DNA of 64,000 nt, from NCBI RefSeq assembly GCF_001949145.1, contig NW_019091360.1:1485599-1549598 (forward strand), given 5' to 3'. Positions within the stretch are counted from its first letter, which is position 1. Each line of letters begins with the position of its first letter. This document shows positions 63,941-64,000 of this stretch, piece after piece. This stretch comes from Acanthaster planci. Its lineage: Eukaryota. The notes below the pieces were generated by a model. The model searched no databases. It saw nothing but the letters and a program-made list of their open reading frames with translations, and was not told where the DNA came from. A program made the position numbers and the translations under genes.

Positions 63941-64000
63941 CTGTAAAAAGAAAATGTATTTCATAATGCATGTATCTACACGTTTCCATTGCAGCATGGT

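Noticed and set aside
1..64000. Prokaryotic operon, defence system or autonomous transposon/virus
   Set aside because: All recognisable genes are spliced animal genes. I found no transposase, integrase, reverse transcriptase, RAG-like or viral ORF.

Overview
This is intron-rich animal genomic DNA, not prokaryotic. An echinoderm or sea-star-like deuterostome is my inference from gene style and repeat families. I rebuilt five spliced protein-coding genes by hand from splice sites and frame continuity. They are: PIGA (- strand, at least 11 coding exons, 3' end beyond the left edge); a GRASP/tamalin-CYTIP PDZ scaffold (+, 7 exons, 238 aa); DNA ligase 4 (-, 26 coding exons, 925 aa, one GC-AG intron); MALSU1/RsfS (+, 4 exons, head-to-head with LIG4); and a class-B/adhesion-like 7TM receptor with a somatomedin-B-like and Cys-rich ectodomain (-, 5' end beyond the right edge). 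Introns and intergenic DNA carry many non-autonomous DNA elements (MITEs), tRNA-derived SINEs and tandem repeats. The most notable oddities are a tandemly duplicated, frame-shifting PIGA exon (mutually exclusive exons or an assembly artefact), a ~1 kb foldback element with an 8-bp TSD in the PIGA promoter, and inverted MITE copies bracketing blocks of LIG4 exons. I found no convincing evidence for a wholly new biological system. Most entries in the ORF track are spurious.
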